The notes: generated by a model from the sequence alone, not told the origin. A stretch of DNA of 63,934 nt, filler included, from Octopus bimaculoides (GCF_001194135.2; 4 parts of 3 records of this genome joined end to end with filler, not necessarily neighbours in it); one strand, 5' to 3'. Shown: positions 37,819 through 50,659, numbered from the whole stretch's first letter. Made by a program: numbers and translations.

Positions 37819-38900
37819 GAGCGTTTCACACCTAGTTTGTCTTTGGGGATATGTTAGTCCGGGGTTATACGATAGGCTGTAGTAAGAGAGTACTTCCTAG
37901 GGGTTCAATGCCGGTACGAAGAGTTTTGTTCTCTTCGTTTTTAAGTTAGGTTTATATATTTATTGCTGCAGCTGTTCTGTAGCAAGTGTCGTCTGAGTGA
38001 GATTACTCGACGTTTGAAGGCTGTCTGCTCTAAGCTGACCTATCTACTTTTTTTAATCTCTTCTTAGGTCGAACCTGTCTCTATCACTATTGGTGTGGAA
38101 ATTTATATTTGATGTCAAGTTCTTGACGATTTTAATGTCAATAGTCTGGATGTCTTCTACAGATCAGTTAAGTATCCTAAACTTATTTAAAGAGGAGAGC
38201 TTCAAATGCCATGTTTTTATAACTCTGGCATAATATTCTTGAGTCACATTATTTCTGATTACAGCCCCTTAATACGACATATTTTCGTCGATGCCTACGT
38301 ATTTATAGCATTCCTAATGTGGAGCAGTATTTTTAACGTGATCGTTGATGGACAATTTTGGGGTTTTGGCGGAGTTGATTTTTCACGTTGAACAAACAAA
38401 TACGAACATTATTTAGAAAAATTCCATTCGTATGTCAGCCTTAAGCATTGTTATTAATTGAATATGTGTTTTGGTATTGCGAGCAATTATGGCATAGATC
38501 TTCAGTTCATCCACAAAAAGAAAATATGTGTTACATTCGTATCTCTAGTAATTGTAAACCCAAACATGTAGTCAAGATCCTTGTAAAAACCGTGATAACA
38601 GATTTAATGCCAAAATATACTACGGAAAAACTATATTCTTGGAATATTCCCTTTGAAATAATTATGAGAGCAGATGCGGCTATTCTGGTCTTAAGTGTAA
38701 GCACGAGGATTGTTGTCCGAGATCTTTGTGAGCCTCTCAATGATAGCGAAGAAGGTAAAAGTTATTTTTGTCAAAATATTCAGTAGCCGTGAATGGGACA
38801 TAAAATGGAATGATTTTCCATAATGAAAGCACACTCTCTGTAGGTTTCTATCAGGTCTCCATACTTTGGACAGCTCAGCTTTGTTTATCAAATATTCTTC
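37819..38900 (-). mobile_element. Decayed Penelope-like element (RT C-terminus, GIY-YIG region, pLTR remnant)
   Basis: Minus strand: KSVITVFTRILTTC (KxSLIxxLxxRAxxIC-like), KYKFPH (VYKFxC-like), RHLLQNSCSNKY (HLLxNxxC-like), then a decayed hammerhead-like CCAAAGA...GAAACGCTC at 37819-37848. Confidence 0.5.
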
Positions 38901-40528
38901 GGCATATCTTTTCTCTCCTTTCTTTCAACGTGAACGCTCCTCTGTAACATTGTTGCGTGACTCACAATGTTCATGGACGAATTGTTTGAGATAGTTTGTG
39001 TAAAGCTTGTATACTGTTTAAGAAAGCAATAGGTCTATATTTTACTGCCAACTAGGATGTTTCATTCTTGGCTACAAACCAATTTGCTATTTCAGTTCGA
39101 ATTTTCATTGTTCTTTTGACTGAATATATTAATGGCTTTCTCACGAAGGTCAGTTTTTTTTGTATGCAAGTGATCGGCATAATTGTCCAGGAAAACGTTA
39201 AAAAGGCATTCTTAAACTGTCGTCTGCGCCTGCACGTCTGATATTGATGGCACCATGTAGCATGTATATATGTATGTATCTGTATGTTTATATGCTTGTA
39301 AGCATGTAGTATGTGTGTGTTTAGCATGTGTGAGCATGTAATATATGTGTATGCCTGAAATGCATGTGTGTGGGTGTAGTGCCTGAGTGTTTCTGAACAT
39401 TTGAGTTGAGTTAGTGTTTATATCGATAGAGTAAAACTGATATCACAAACAAAAGCAATATGGCAAACTTGGATCGATGAAAGACACATTTACTCTTGCT
39501 ACAGGCACAATGTCTACCCCTCGCTCGTGATTAAGCATTACCTGCCTGAAACATAAAATATTTTCGCGTGTGAAGCAAATTAAAAATATTCCTTCGTGCA
39601 TAAAAGCGCGCACACACACACACTCCTCCGCACATATACACATATATGCGTACTCATATAATATATATATGTATGTATGTATGTATGTATATATATATAC
39701 ATATATATATACATATACGCATACATATGTATAACATATGTACATATACACATTCACGTATATATATTCATATACACATACACGTATATATATATATATA
39801 TACATTTGTATATATATACATGACATACATGTATTGTATATATATATATAAATACACACAATATAAGATGTATCTAAATCCATGCATACACATATATATG
39901 AAAATATTTGCTTAGTTATATAATGCTATTGCGCTGTACACAAGTGTTGATTGTTCTGTGTTGCGTAACACAATAAATTATATAATCTAATAAAAAAATT
40001 ATGAATTTATTCATATATTTATGCATTCACAGTGACGTAGTTAAAGACTTGTAGACAACGTGTCGCGCATATTAACATTACGAAATACTTTTCGCTTTAT
40101 CCTTTCTCTTTCTCTTTCTCTCTTTCTTTCTCCACACACATGCACGCACGCACTCACATATCCCTAGGTATTGATTTCTATTTTATATACTGTTGTACAC
40201 AAATAAAAGTGACATTAAAGCATTAATAGAGCAAGTGCAGATCCAGCGTATAAAATTTGTGCGTGTAAATTTTATATTCTTCATACGCACTTGCACAATG
40301 TATATACATATAATGTTATCCTTTTACTATCTTCAACACAAGGGAGTCAGCCTTTATAGAGCTTCATATAATTATCTATCTCTCTATGTATGTATGTATG
40401 TATGTATGTATGTATGTATGTATATATATGTATATATATATATATTGATAGAAAGGACAACAAAAGAAAGAAAGAGACCTCGATATTATGTAAATAGAGG
40501 AATTTATCTGTAAAAATATGTGACTCGG

Positions 40529-40602
40529 TAGCCATGATAAAACTCCGAGTTTCGGATGCCGGGGTGGGAACCCACGCCAACATCTCTTCAGTTGTCCGGC
40601 TA
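40529..40602 (-). ncRNA. Type-I hammerhead ribozyme (left arm)
   Basis: Minus strand: TAGCC-G-GACAA-CTGAAGA-GATGTTGG-C-GTGG-GTTC-CCAC-C-CCGGCATC-C-GAA-ACT-CGG-AGT-T-TTATC-AT-GGCTA. Core, 8+4-bp stem II, 3-bp stem III and stem I (one mismatch) are all present. Confidence 0.75.
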
Positions 40603-40853
40603 TTGAAAATTCCTGGGAAAAATGACCGTTAAACAAAGGGAAATTACTGTGTGGTTGACCGTTATTAAGGCAAAAGATCTATAGACCCTTAAGTAAGGGG
40701 AGGGGGTAAACGCAATGGAACACTATAGACTCTTTTACTCCCTTACTTTTACCCACCCCTTACTTAGGGGTCTATAGCTCTTTTGTCTTAATAACGGTCA
40801 ACCACACAGTAATTTCCCTTTGTTTAACGGTCATTTTTCACAGGAATTTTCAA

Positions 40854-40927
40854 TGGCCGGATAACTGAAGAGATGTTGGCGTGGGTTCCCACCCCGACAT
40901 TCGAAACTCGGAGTTTTATCATGGCTA
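40854..40927 (+). ncRNA. Type-I hammerhead ribozyme (right arm)
   Basis: CTGAAGA at 40865-40871 and GAAA at 40903-40906. Stem I GATAA/TTATC (40860-64/40916-20) extends with TGGCC/GGCTA; stem III ACT/AGT; long stem II; predicted cleavage 3' of U40915 (GUU). Confidence 0.78.
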
Positions 40928-40949
40928 CCGAATAAGTGTCACATATTTT

Positions 40950-41001
<52 letters not shown>

Positions 41002-41738
41002 CATACATACACAAGCTCACATCCATATGCAAGTACATGCAAATTTACATATCAGTTTGTCACACGAACCGAAAGTGGCTGACAGTCATATTCAGGCACA
41101 TCCTACCATAAATCTTCACATGTTATCAGCGATCATAAAGGAAAGAGAGAATAAATCGCGTTTCTTTCTGTATTTACGTACGACCGTACATCTATTATCA
41201 TGTCATATATTTACATTCTCGTTATAGCTCCTATTATAAATATGCAAAATTTTCCTAACCGTCTTACAGTCATATATGGGAATCCAAATACCAAATTATG
41301 TATAATTCGGCACTTGGTTTCTCATATTCACTATATAATTAACACCTACTCACATGTTCCATAATAATTTAATGTGACTGAATTGAATATCGCGCAGTAA
41401 TTCCTCCAGCAATGGCATGAGAGTGAAGATATACCATGACGATATTTGAATATAAAGCTGTACGATTTTCGTACACTAATACTATAAAAGATTTGCCAAC
41501 TTACCCCTTACAAATTCCATGTTTACGAACCAATAATTTCTGCGCTTATTTACACGTGTGTGTGTGTATGTGTCTGTGTGTATGTGTGTGCGCGTGTGTG
41601 AGTATATAGGTTTGTATTTAATCGGATGTAAAGTGAAAAATTTCTTCCTTTCACCTCTCTCTCTCTTTTTATCTACATACACGTAGAGTGTTCTCTTTCT
41701 ACTGCCCTTCTCACTAAATCTATATCTATATCTAAACA

Positions 41739-42049
41739 TGGAGGCGCAATGGCCCAGTGGTTAGGGAAGCGGACTCGCGGTCGGAGGATCGTTGTTTCGA
41801 TTCTCAGAGCGGGCGTTGTGTGTGTTTATTGAGCGAAAACACCTAAAGCTCCACGAGACTCCGGCAGCGGGTGGTGGCGACTCCTGTTGTACTCTTTCGG
41901 CCCCAACTTTCTCTCACTCTTCATATTTTTTGAGTAACGCTGCGATGGACTGGTGTCCCGTTCAGCTGGGAGGTGGGAACATCCACCATAGAAACCGGGA
42001 AACAGGGCCCATGAGCCTAGCTAGGCTTTTAAAGGGCGCATAAAAAGAA
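41739..42049 (+). mobile_element. SINE family B variant (same head, different 3' half) with 11-bp TSD
   Basis: First ~175 nt match 59976-60160, then diverge to gtaacgctgcgatggactggtgtcccgttcag...; atatctaaa(c/t)a at 41728-41738 and 42050-42060. Confidence 0.88.
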
Positions 42050-42111
42050 ATATCTAAATATGCTTACATGCACAAATTCACGCATCCCCCACCCAAATTA
42101 TAGCTTAAAAT

Positions 42112-42318
42112 TATGGCACCAGGCTAACAATTTCTGGAAAGGTATAGGTCGATCACATAGACCTCAATGTTCAATTGGTTCTTATTTTATCCATACCGAA
42201 AGGATGAAAGCAATGTCGTTCTCGGCGGAATTTGAACTCTGAGCGTAATTACAGACGGACGAAATGCTACAAAACATTTTTCCCGGTCTGAAAACGATTG
42301 TGCCAGTTCGCCACCTTA
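42112..42318 (-). mobile_element. SINE family C, full length
   Basis: Aligns to 31240-31446. Confidence 0.85.
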
Positions 42319-44839
42319 TAGTAGTTTAAATATTGAAGATATTGAGAAGAGTTTCCCAAATGAATGAAAATTGTCCTGTTAATTTAAGCTAGTAATTTTC
42401 TCGTTTTAGGAAAGAACTCTTGGACGCAAAAACTTTATAACTCCTGAATACTATGCATATAAAACATATACGTATATTGTAAATATTTGAATATAATATA
42501 ACTAATAGCTAGATTATCAATCCATAAGTTTGTAACTTTTTGCTTCACAGCAGCCGGTTATTCCGTTAATGAATATAAACAACCTGAATTGCAATCTAGA
42601 AATAACATACATACGAACAAACGTATACATGCATACATACATACATACATACATACATACATACATACATACATGCATACATATTTACATGCAAGCCGCT
42701 ATCAGCAACAGATACGGTGCAGAAGCGTGTGTAAAATATCTTTCTTTTCCGAAATTTTCTGTAGATATGTGCTTGTTTTGGATCAGTAAATTGTTCTTTA
42801 TTCTCTTACCAATAAGAGAAGCACATTTTATCCACCAATTTAACGTTAGTCATAACAAATTTCATAAAATTTTTTTCCAATAAGTTAATCTTTATTAGAT
42901 CGCAGCTGACATTGTTAAGAAAAACATCGCGCATCTCCGTACTTTTACATATGTGATCTATCTTAGAAGACCTATGTATTATTTTTACTCCATTTGGTTT
43001 GTATTTAAATAAAGATATGATCAGGCAAAAGTACAACAAGTCTCCGATCGGTTATATGAAGTTGTTTAAAAAATACTTGGACGAAACTCCCCCAAAACTA
43101 AGCCACTTCATAGCTAAATTGCTACAGTAACAGTTATCTTTCTAAGAGAAATTTGATAGCAATCAATATTCCGACTATATTCAAAATCAGCTAAAAACTG
43201 CCAGAGAGATTGATTAGAAGTATAAGCAAACCGACATCATCAGCACCAACATTATACTGGTCTGTCAGATCGGTATATCCGTATATATATACGATAGAAA
43301 GATATGTGAAATGTAAATACAGCTGAAAAACATTTTAAAGTACCGTTTGAAATATCTTCGTAACATATTCTCTAAAGTATCGTTAAATAACATGTGTTTC
43401 TTGACGAGAGTACGGAAGAAAACCAACCCTTCTCACTGAAATTTATGTAAAAATATTACATCTAGCCAATACATGACACAAATTTGTTCCTGCTTAGCGG
43501 TATATATGAAGAGAAACAATATCGCAGTAAAAAGGAGTACCTTCGCAAGACCGAAAATCATTCTGATTTAAGGTCTGGAAGGAGATGAAAGATTTTAATT
43601 TGAGTGCAACTTTGGTAGACAATAAAGAAAAATATTTTACTAGCACCAAAGACAAAACGTACACGAACGAAGTTTAAACTTTCACCAAAGCTGTAAAAAT
43701 GCGATATAATAGGATGACACGAGGAAGAGGTGGTTACTATTACACGCGTTGATTTTGTTTTTAATTGAAATTCACTGATAAATGTATGTGAAAGAACTAT
43801 CGGAAGTGGGATTAACTAACTGAACTCGTTCAGCCTTGCATGAAAAATACTACGTAGCGAAAATGAAATTACTAACCTTTATAGAAAATTATAGGAATAT
43901 AATCTGTCTTAACATGGTGCACAAACTGCTCACAGACGGCTTGAAATAATTCATCTAAAACCATTGCGAGTTTAGTGACACAGATACTGGTGAGCTGGCA
44001 TGTGTAAAGTTGCGTGGGGATACTTTCAGAAAATAATGCTGCGTGTCTGAAGTAAGAACACACCAGAGAAACCTGTGACAGGACAAATTAGTTATAAAAG
44101 CATTCAACTCTATTTACCAAATATGGTTGCTGTAGTCAGGATAGCTTTCAAGTGTACCAACCTTTAAATTTTAGCCCTTGGAGATACTCGTAGCCAAATT
44201 GTGCATTAAACGTTGATTTCTTTCTAAACGTCATTGATTAAGTTTCTACACTTAAGAGAAGAAAACTGATGAATGGAATAAGGTTTGTACAGATGCTGAG
44301 ATGATTGTAATAATTATTTGGTCACAAGAACGAATTTACAGGGCAGATTCTCAGACTTATAATTTTTTAAGGTACTCATTTGTACGGCCTGTATCATTAT
44401 GATTTTCCTGTTTCAATGAATGCATACAAAATTACAATGTGCATTAGTTCTTTTACCATAATTATCATCGACACAAGTGTAAAATAGTTGTTTTTTAAAC
44501 TCATTCTTTCATTTTGCGGCGGAAATGAAAATAGAGAATTCCCTCATATTGAAATTCGTAGGATGTGTCACATTTACCACTGGCCAACAGTTTATATATA
44601 CAGGTGGCATCTGAGTTCTTTTGTCACAACTGTCAGAAAAAACCCAAACCAGACAACGCACACAACATCGTTGAACAAACTTTTAAGTTATTCTTTCATC
44701 AAGTTTACACTTTCTGGCATTGATAATGAATCATTCTTAACGCTTTTATCATATTATGTACGTAGTTTAAGACAGCTCAATCCTACTCATCTAGTATTCC
44801 TTTCTACTTTAAAGTACAATGCATAAAATTTCATCGGGA

Positions 44840-44996
44840 GAGGTTAGTCGGGGCTAGTGCTCAACTGGTTCATATTTTATTGACTAGAAAGTATGAAAAG
44901 CAAAGTCGAACTCGACAGAATTTGAACTCAGAAAATAAAGATGGATGAAAAGCTGTTAAGTACTTTGTTCGGTGTGCTAACCCGCTAGATCGCCAC
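44840..44996 (-). mobile_element. SINE family C, partial
   Basis: ctagtgctcaactgg...aatttgaactcagaa...gtgtgctaac. Confidence 0.75.
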
Positions 44997-45090
44997 TTTT
45001 TTTTGCACTTATCTTATAGCACTGTTGATTGTGTAAAGCGTAGTCAGTGTAACGTGTAAAAATTTTGTATTAATCACGCGGTCTTTAAAA

Positions 45091-45932
45091 TAAGATTCTG
45101 ATCAATAAGTATCTGGACTGTTACCATAGTAACGAAGCTAGAGCACGTAAATTGAAGTCGCTAGGTAAAAATTGACCTTGAACTCTGCTGTGCATGCGAA
45201 CTAAGTTTTGATGTTCTAGCTCACTTCCGCTGTTTACAGCAGTACTTGGAAGGAACATGTGTAGCGTGTAATCGTCGCGTTGACCATGAATCTGCATCAA
45301 ATTTTGTCAAAATCATGGCGATACCTACACAGAAAGTGCATTGAGAGGAGTATATGAGAAAAAAATGCAGATAGTGACGAACGTTCTGGGAGACTCGAAA
45401 CGAATAGAACTGAGAAAACACATCGAAGATGTGCGTGCATCTGTGAGAGTAAATCGTTGACTCACCATCCATGAGTTACCAGAGGACGTGCAGATTAGTT
45501 ACGGTTCAATTCAGTCCATTATCATTGAAGATTTGAGTATGAGACACGTGTTTGCCTAGTTTGTGTGAAAACTGCTTTCAGCTGACAACGCATCAGTCCA
45601 TTCAACGCAGCTTGTGCAGCGGCTTTTGGCTATGCACAGCATTCCGCATGTCCGACAACCAGATCCCGCCCCTTGTGACTGTTTCTAAACATTAAATCCC
45701 GCCTGAAAGGAAGATTTCAGCACGTCGAGGAAATCAAGTTAGTGTGATGAAGCAGCTGCTGATTATCCCATATAACGAGTTCCAGGAATGCTTCCATCAA
45801 TAGAAACAGCACTGGATTAAGTATGTGGCTTCCGAAGTGGACTACTTTGAAGGAGATTAAATGCCAAATTGGTGCCTGTTGTAGTATTGTTTTTATTACA
45901 CCAGCCCGGATACGTATTGATCAGACCTCGTA
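45091..45932 (+). mobile_element. Internally deleted, non-autonomous mariner with both TIRs
   Basis: Left TIR taagattctgatcaataagtatctggactg (45091-45120); right TIR reverse complement tacgaggtctgatcaatacgtatccgggctgg (45901-45932). Remnants include DERSGR, RVNRxLTIHEL, IIIEDLSMRHV, DNASVHST, APCD, YFEGD*. Confidence 0.88.
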
Positions 45933-46801
45933 TATTTGTGAAATTCAGTTTAACGTGATTCGTATTTGTAAATTCATTAGAGTAATTCAGTGCAAGTTAA
46001 TTCATTTATATTCCCACAATGAACCTCCTGATATAAAACATGTGAATATAAATTTAATTTCAATAGTTTAAAGGTAAATATGAATAAATTTGAGTGTATG
46101 TTAATTGTATATAATCTAAGGGTTGAAAAATATAAATACCTTTAAGAAACGCCTGAAACAAACATGAGAATTGAAATCTGATATTATCTCGTTAAGAGAA
46201 AAGTTGTCTGTATTAATTCTGTCTCATAAAATTCACAACTCGAAATTTTATTAATATAATTTAAAAGTTAATTGAATGTTTTACTAAAAACAATTTTATA
46301 TTACGAAAAAATAATATGGATTGATTAAATATCATTTGACTTTTAGATATTGAAAAAGAAACTATGTTTCTTTTGATCTTTGCGAAGAAATGACGATGTG
46401 TTATTGGCAGTAATAAAAAAAAAATCAGTAAAAATATGATTTTAGTATAAAACGTGTAAAAACACTTAATGTTATTAGATGATATTAACAGAACTGAATC
46501 ACAGCTTTTTTCGGTTGTCTGGGAATGTAAAGCCCCCACCTCACACACAAACGGAGGGAAGGATTGAGAAAGATAAATGCGCACCATGTTATTGGTACTA
46601 ATCATTGCTGTTCAACAAATTGTTTCATTTATTTAATATTTACAGTTTATTATGTTGCGAACCCGAATTATTTAGAATGGCGTAAAATTATTTGTTGAGT
46701 ACAATGAACGACATACTTTCCAATTAAGATGAATTAAGGTGTAGTCCGTTGCATTCACATCAGTCTTGTTGACACACCTAAACACAACTGCAACACATAT
46801 A

Positions 46802-46864
<63 letters not shown>

Positions 46865-47129
46865 TATAAATATGCATATGTGTGCATATACACATATATA
46901 TTTATAAATGCATATATGTATATGAGTGTGTGTGCGATTATATGTATGTTTGTATATAGGCATATATAAATACAGATGGAATGACCGAGTTATTGTTCTG
47001 TCATTATTTATACAATCTATGAAATCTTCAGTTTCTACTCGAAGGAAAGTGTTATAAAACTTTATTCCATTCCACGAATGCAAGAAGTTTCATAAGAATT
47101 TATCCGGTGAAGAAGAGAAGAGGACAGAC

Positions 47130-47250
47130 TAAGGAATATTGTTAAATATTTACCAGTGCATAAGAGAGGGGACAAATAGACAGGAAAGAATTATGAAATT
47201 ACTAAATGCAGTGATCAAAGAAGAGGGGGGAAATTATGAAGATCATAAAA
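47130..47250 (+). mobile_element. Possible Tc1/mariner transposase C-terminal remnant
   Basis: RIMKLLNAVIKEEGGNYE resembles the terminal RLxAVIxxxGGxxE motif; short and isolated. Confidence 0.3.
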
Positions 47251-48310
47251 CAGTATTCGTTTGTATCTATAATGATAAGTTCACAGGATCATGTAGCATC
47301 AAGTTTGCAGAGAAAACAAAGTGTTGACTTTCTCCAATAAAGAAAAAGGGGAAAATTACTTGCATCCTCTGAATAACAATCGATTAGTAGTGCAATGAAT
47401 GCCCATTTGTCTTCTCTAGAATTAATATAAAAACGCGACTGCAACGGCCTACAACACACTCACTCGTATAGATAAAGGGTAATGAAACATGTATTTGTGT
47501 AATAAAAAGACATGCTCAACCATGACATGAGTGGAAGTATATCCAAAAATATATATACGTATACATAAACAATAATTCTCACATATTTACAAATCCCAGG
47601 GACATTCTTAACTCAAAATGCTTCGCTCTCAATTGTGTAAACGGAGAACACACGAAGCACTAAAACAGAGAGGCACAAACGTACACAAACATATACACTC
47701 AAATATATTCGTGCACGCACACAAATATATGCTTTACAAAAGGCAATACTGTGAGATTTGAACATTTTTAGAATTGTCATAGTCCTTGCTTACTCCTTGA
47801 AGATTAGTTTCAAACGCTAATGTTCCCAACTTCATTAACTTTTTAAGATAGCTCAAACCCCGTCGCATGAATTATGAGAGTAAGTTATTATTGTACATTT
47901 GACGAAAACACAAAAATGTTGTAAATGATAAAATCGTTCTTTTCGTAGTTTATTTCACACGTGATGTGTCACTTCACTGGTTTTATTATTGATGTATATT
48001 TTCCAATTAATAAATCTGTCATGTTTAATGTATCTTGGTTAAATTCAAATTCTGCCTCAGGATATACTCTTATCTAATATTGTGGCACTATTTAATCTTG
48101 ATATTTTTCCCCATTATATTTCAATGTTGAAAATGCAGGCCGAACTGCCGAAAATTTAAGACCAAGAGCATCAAGTAACGTTCGTGGATATAAGTAGACT
48201 TGCATTTTTGTTCCAAACTAAATGCAAAGATAAATCAATATTAAAAACTTAAATAGAATGATTAACCAAGACTTCAACCGTATTATGAATGCATGCATAT
48301 ATTCACAAAC

Positions 48311-48352
<42 letters not shown>

Positions 48353-48661
48353 ATCTATAGGTATGTATCAAACTATCTAACTATCTATCTATATATAATT
48401 ACACACAATTATGTAAATAGCTTGATAGAAAATTCGATAGATACATATAAAAAATATAATTATCGCAAACCGCGTGTAGCTGCTAATATGCGACAACATG
48501 GCTTTATAATCGTAGAGGTAATGTAACTTCTTTTTATATTTCGTTTTTGTAGCACTTCATGTACCATTTCTGTGGTAAAATGTTTTTGGTTGACGCCACT
48601 AGATTACGTATCAATGTCTTGTCATATACATGCATATTTGCATATGTACCAGTAATGCGTG

Positions 48662-48783
<122 letters not shown>

Positions 48784-49337
48784 ATGCGGGGTTTAGTTGA
48801 CTGGTGATCTAAACGAATAGGTACGCTGAGTAAGTGCTATAACTGATCATCCTTTAGGTTCGAAGTTCACAGCTGAGGCTGGAGTCAGGGATCCGTATTA
48901 AGCTTGTGTTTGAAGGTATATAGTATATTAGGGTAAACAGGACAACAAAAACCAAAGCGGGACGAGTTTCTCAAGATATATAGAATAATTTAACTAGGGT
49001 AAATTTGAAGTGTTACAGCTGTTTCTGAAATATCCCAAGTGATAGGCTAGAATGTTTATACACTAGGTATTCCGTCATGAGAGACAAGGTGAGCATGTAT
49101 GAAAGTTCTAGACGAGGATTTTCACAGTCTATAAGGAATAAAATAGAAGAATAAAGAGTAAAGTAGAGTGAACAATACAGTCAGGAGAATAAAGTTCACA
49201 GCTCATCTTTTTCCAGAGGGTACGGAGATTGGTCCGTACTTCCGTGAAGGTATTGGTTCTAGGGTACAATCGCAGGTTAATCCAGGCAGTATTTTAAATG
49301 ATTAGCTACTATGTAAATAGTTCACATGTAAATGGTC

Positions 49338-49434
<97 letters not shown>

Positions 49435-49445
49435 GTATATATGAC

Positions 49446-49672
49446 TCCATGGTTAGAGAGTCGGGCTTACAATCATTAGGTAGTGAGTTCGATTCCCGGA
49501 CCGGGCTGTGTGATGTGTTCTTCAGCAAGACACTATTTTACGTTGGTCCAGTTCACTCAGCTGCAGAAATGAGTTCCGACGTCACTAGTCCCAAGCTGTA
49601 TCGGACTTTACCTTTCCCTTGGATAACATCAGTGGTGAGGAGAGGGGATGATGCTGTGCATGGGTGACTGGG
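49446..49672 (+). mobile_element. SINE family D, tRNA-derived
   Basis: ccatggttagagagtcgggc...gagttcgattcccggacc (A/B-box-like), then cagcaagacact...ccagttcactcagctgcagaaatgag; homologous to 51646-51859. Confidence 0.85.
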
Positions 49673-49679
49673 GAATAAA

Positions 49680-50644
49680 TTGGGTGGGGAAAATCTATGT
49701 TCCTTGAGCTTCTGGAACATCATTAGTGAAATGTGTGGTCGAGCATCGTCATGAAGAATGACTGGCCCTCTTCAGCTGGGACGGAGGAGTAGCTGTTTTT
49801 CGTTCGTTTTAGCAATTTCGTGGCAATATGTTTCTGAAGTGATGGTTTTTCTGGGTTTTAAGAAGTTGTAGTGGATGAGTCCAGTAGTACACCACCAAAC
49901 AGTTACTATAACCTTCTTTTTGAAGAGCTCGGATTTAGGAAATGTTTTCGGTGCTTCATTTTGCAAAGAACGTTTTTTTTTTATTATTGTACAGAATCCA
50001 CTTTTTATCGCAACTTACAATACGGTCGAGAAATCGGTCTGGATACGGAAAAGAAGTGACGAGCAAATTTCATATCTGCGCATCTTCTGATTTTCGTTCG
50101 AATCGTGTGACACGCATTTGTCGAGGTATTTGGATTTTCCGATTGCATGCAAATAGATGCAGGCAGTTTTCTGGCTAAATTGAAGTTCTTTTGCCTGTTT
50201 TCGAGTGGTTTTATGTGGATCTTTCTCCATGATGGTCTTTAATTGACAGTCATCGATGACACATAGATTCCACAATGTTCACGATCTACAAAGCTCAGGT
50301 CTCCACTGCGAAATCGTTTAAACCATTTTCGAGCTGATCACTCATTGGTCGTTTCCTCAGCAAATTTTTCGTTGATACTGCGGGCTGTTTCAGCTGCTTG
50401 CCGTCCTTTTTTTAAAGTTCAATAGCAAAATTGCTCGAATATCGCACTTTGACAAGTCCATTTTAGATGATTGTTAGAACCGCGAAAAAAATATCAATGT
50501 TATTCTATTGATGCATTTGGGCAAGTTTATGTCTGTATTATTACACAATTGCGAAAAAATGTTTAAGAAATTCAAAACTCTACAAAAATTCGCTACAGAT
50601 TCTTCATGATTCAAAACGTTGCTTACTTGTTACTCAATCTGATA
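49680..50644 (-). mobile_element. Decayed mariner (Hsmar1-like DD34D) element: 5' TIR and most of the transposase
   Basis: ATG at 50461: MDLSKCDIRAILLLNFKK/GRQAAETARSINEKF, KWFKRFRSGD, KVIVTVWW, TITSETYC, GPVILHDDARPH. TIR-like tatcagattgagtaacaagtaagcaacgttttga at 50611-50644. Truncated before the third catalytic Asp. Confidence 0.9.
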
Positions 50645-50659
50645 TATAAATATATATAT

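Larger units (their letters stand above)
40509..40953. mobile_element. 445-bp palindromic element with ~200-bp inverted arms, each carrying a hammerhead ribozyme
   Basis: 40509-40710 is the reverse complement of 40748-40953 (few substitutions plus small indels); 37-bp spacer; TG...CA ends; right end abuts (TA)n. Confidence 0.92.

Noticed and set aside
42800-43900. Possible MULE/hAT transposase remnant
   Set aside because: No motif could be identified confidently by eye.
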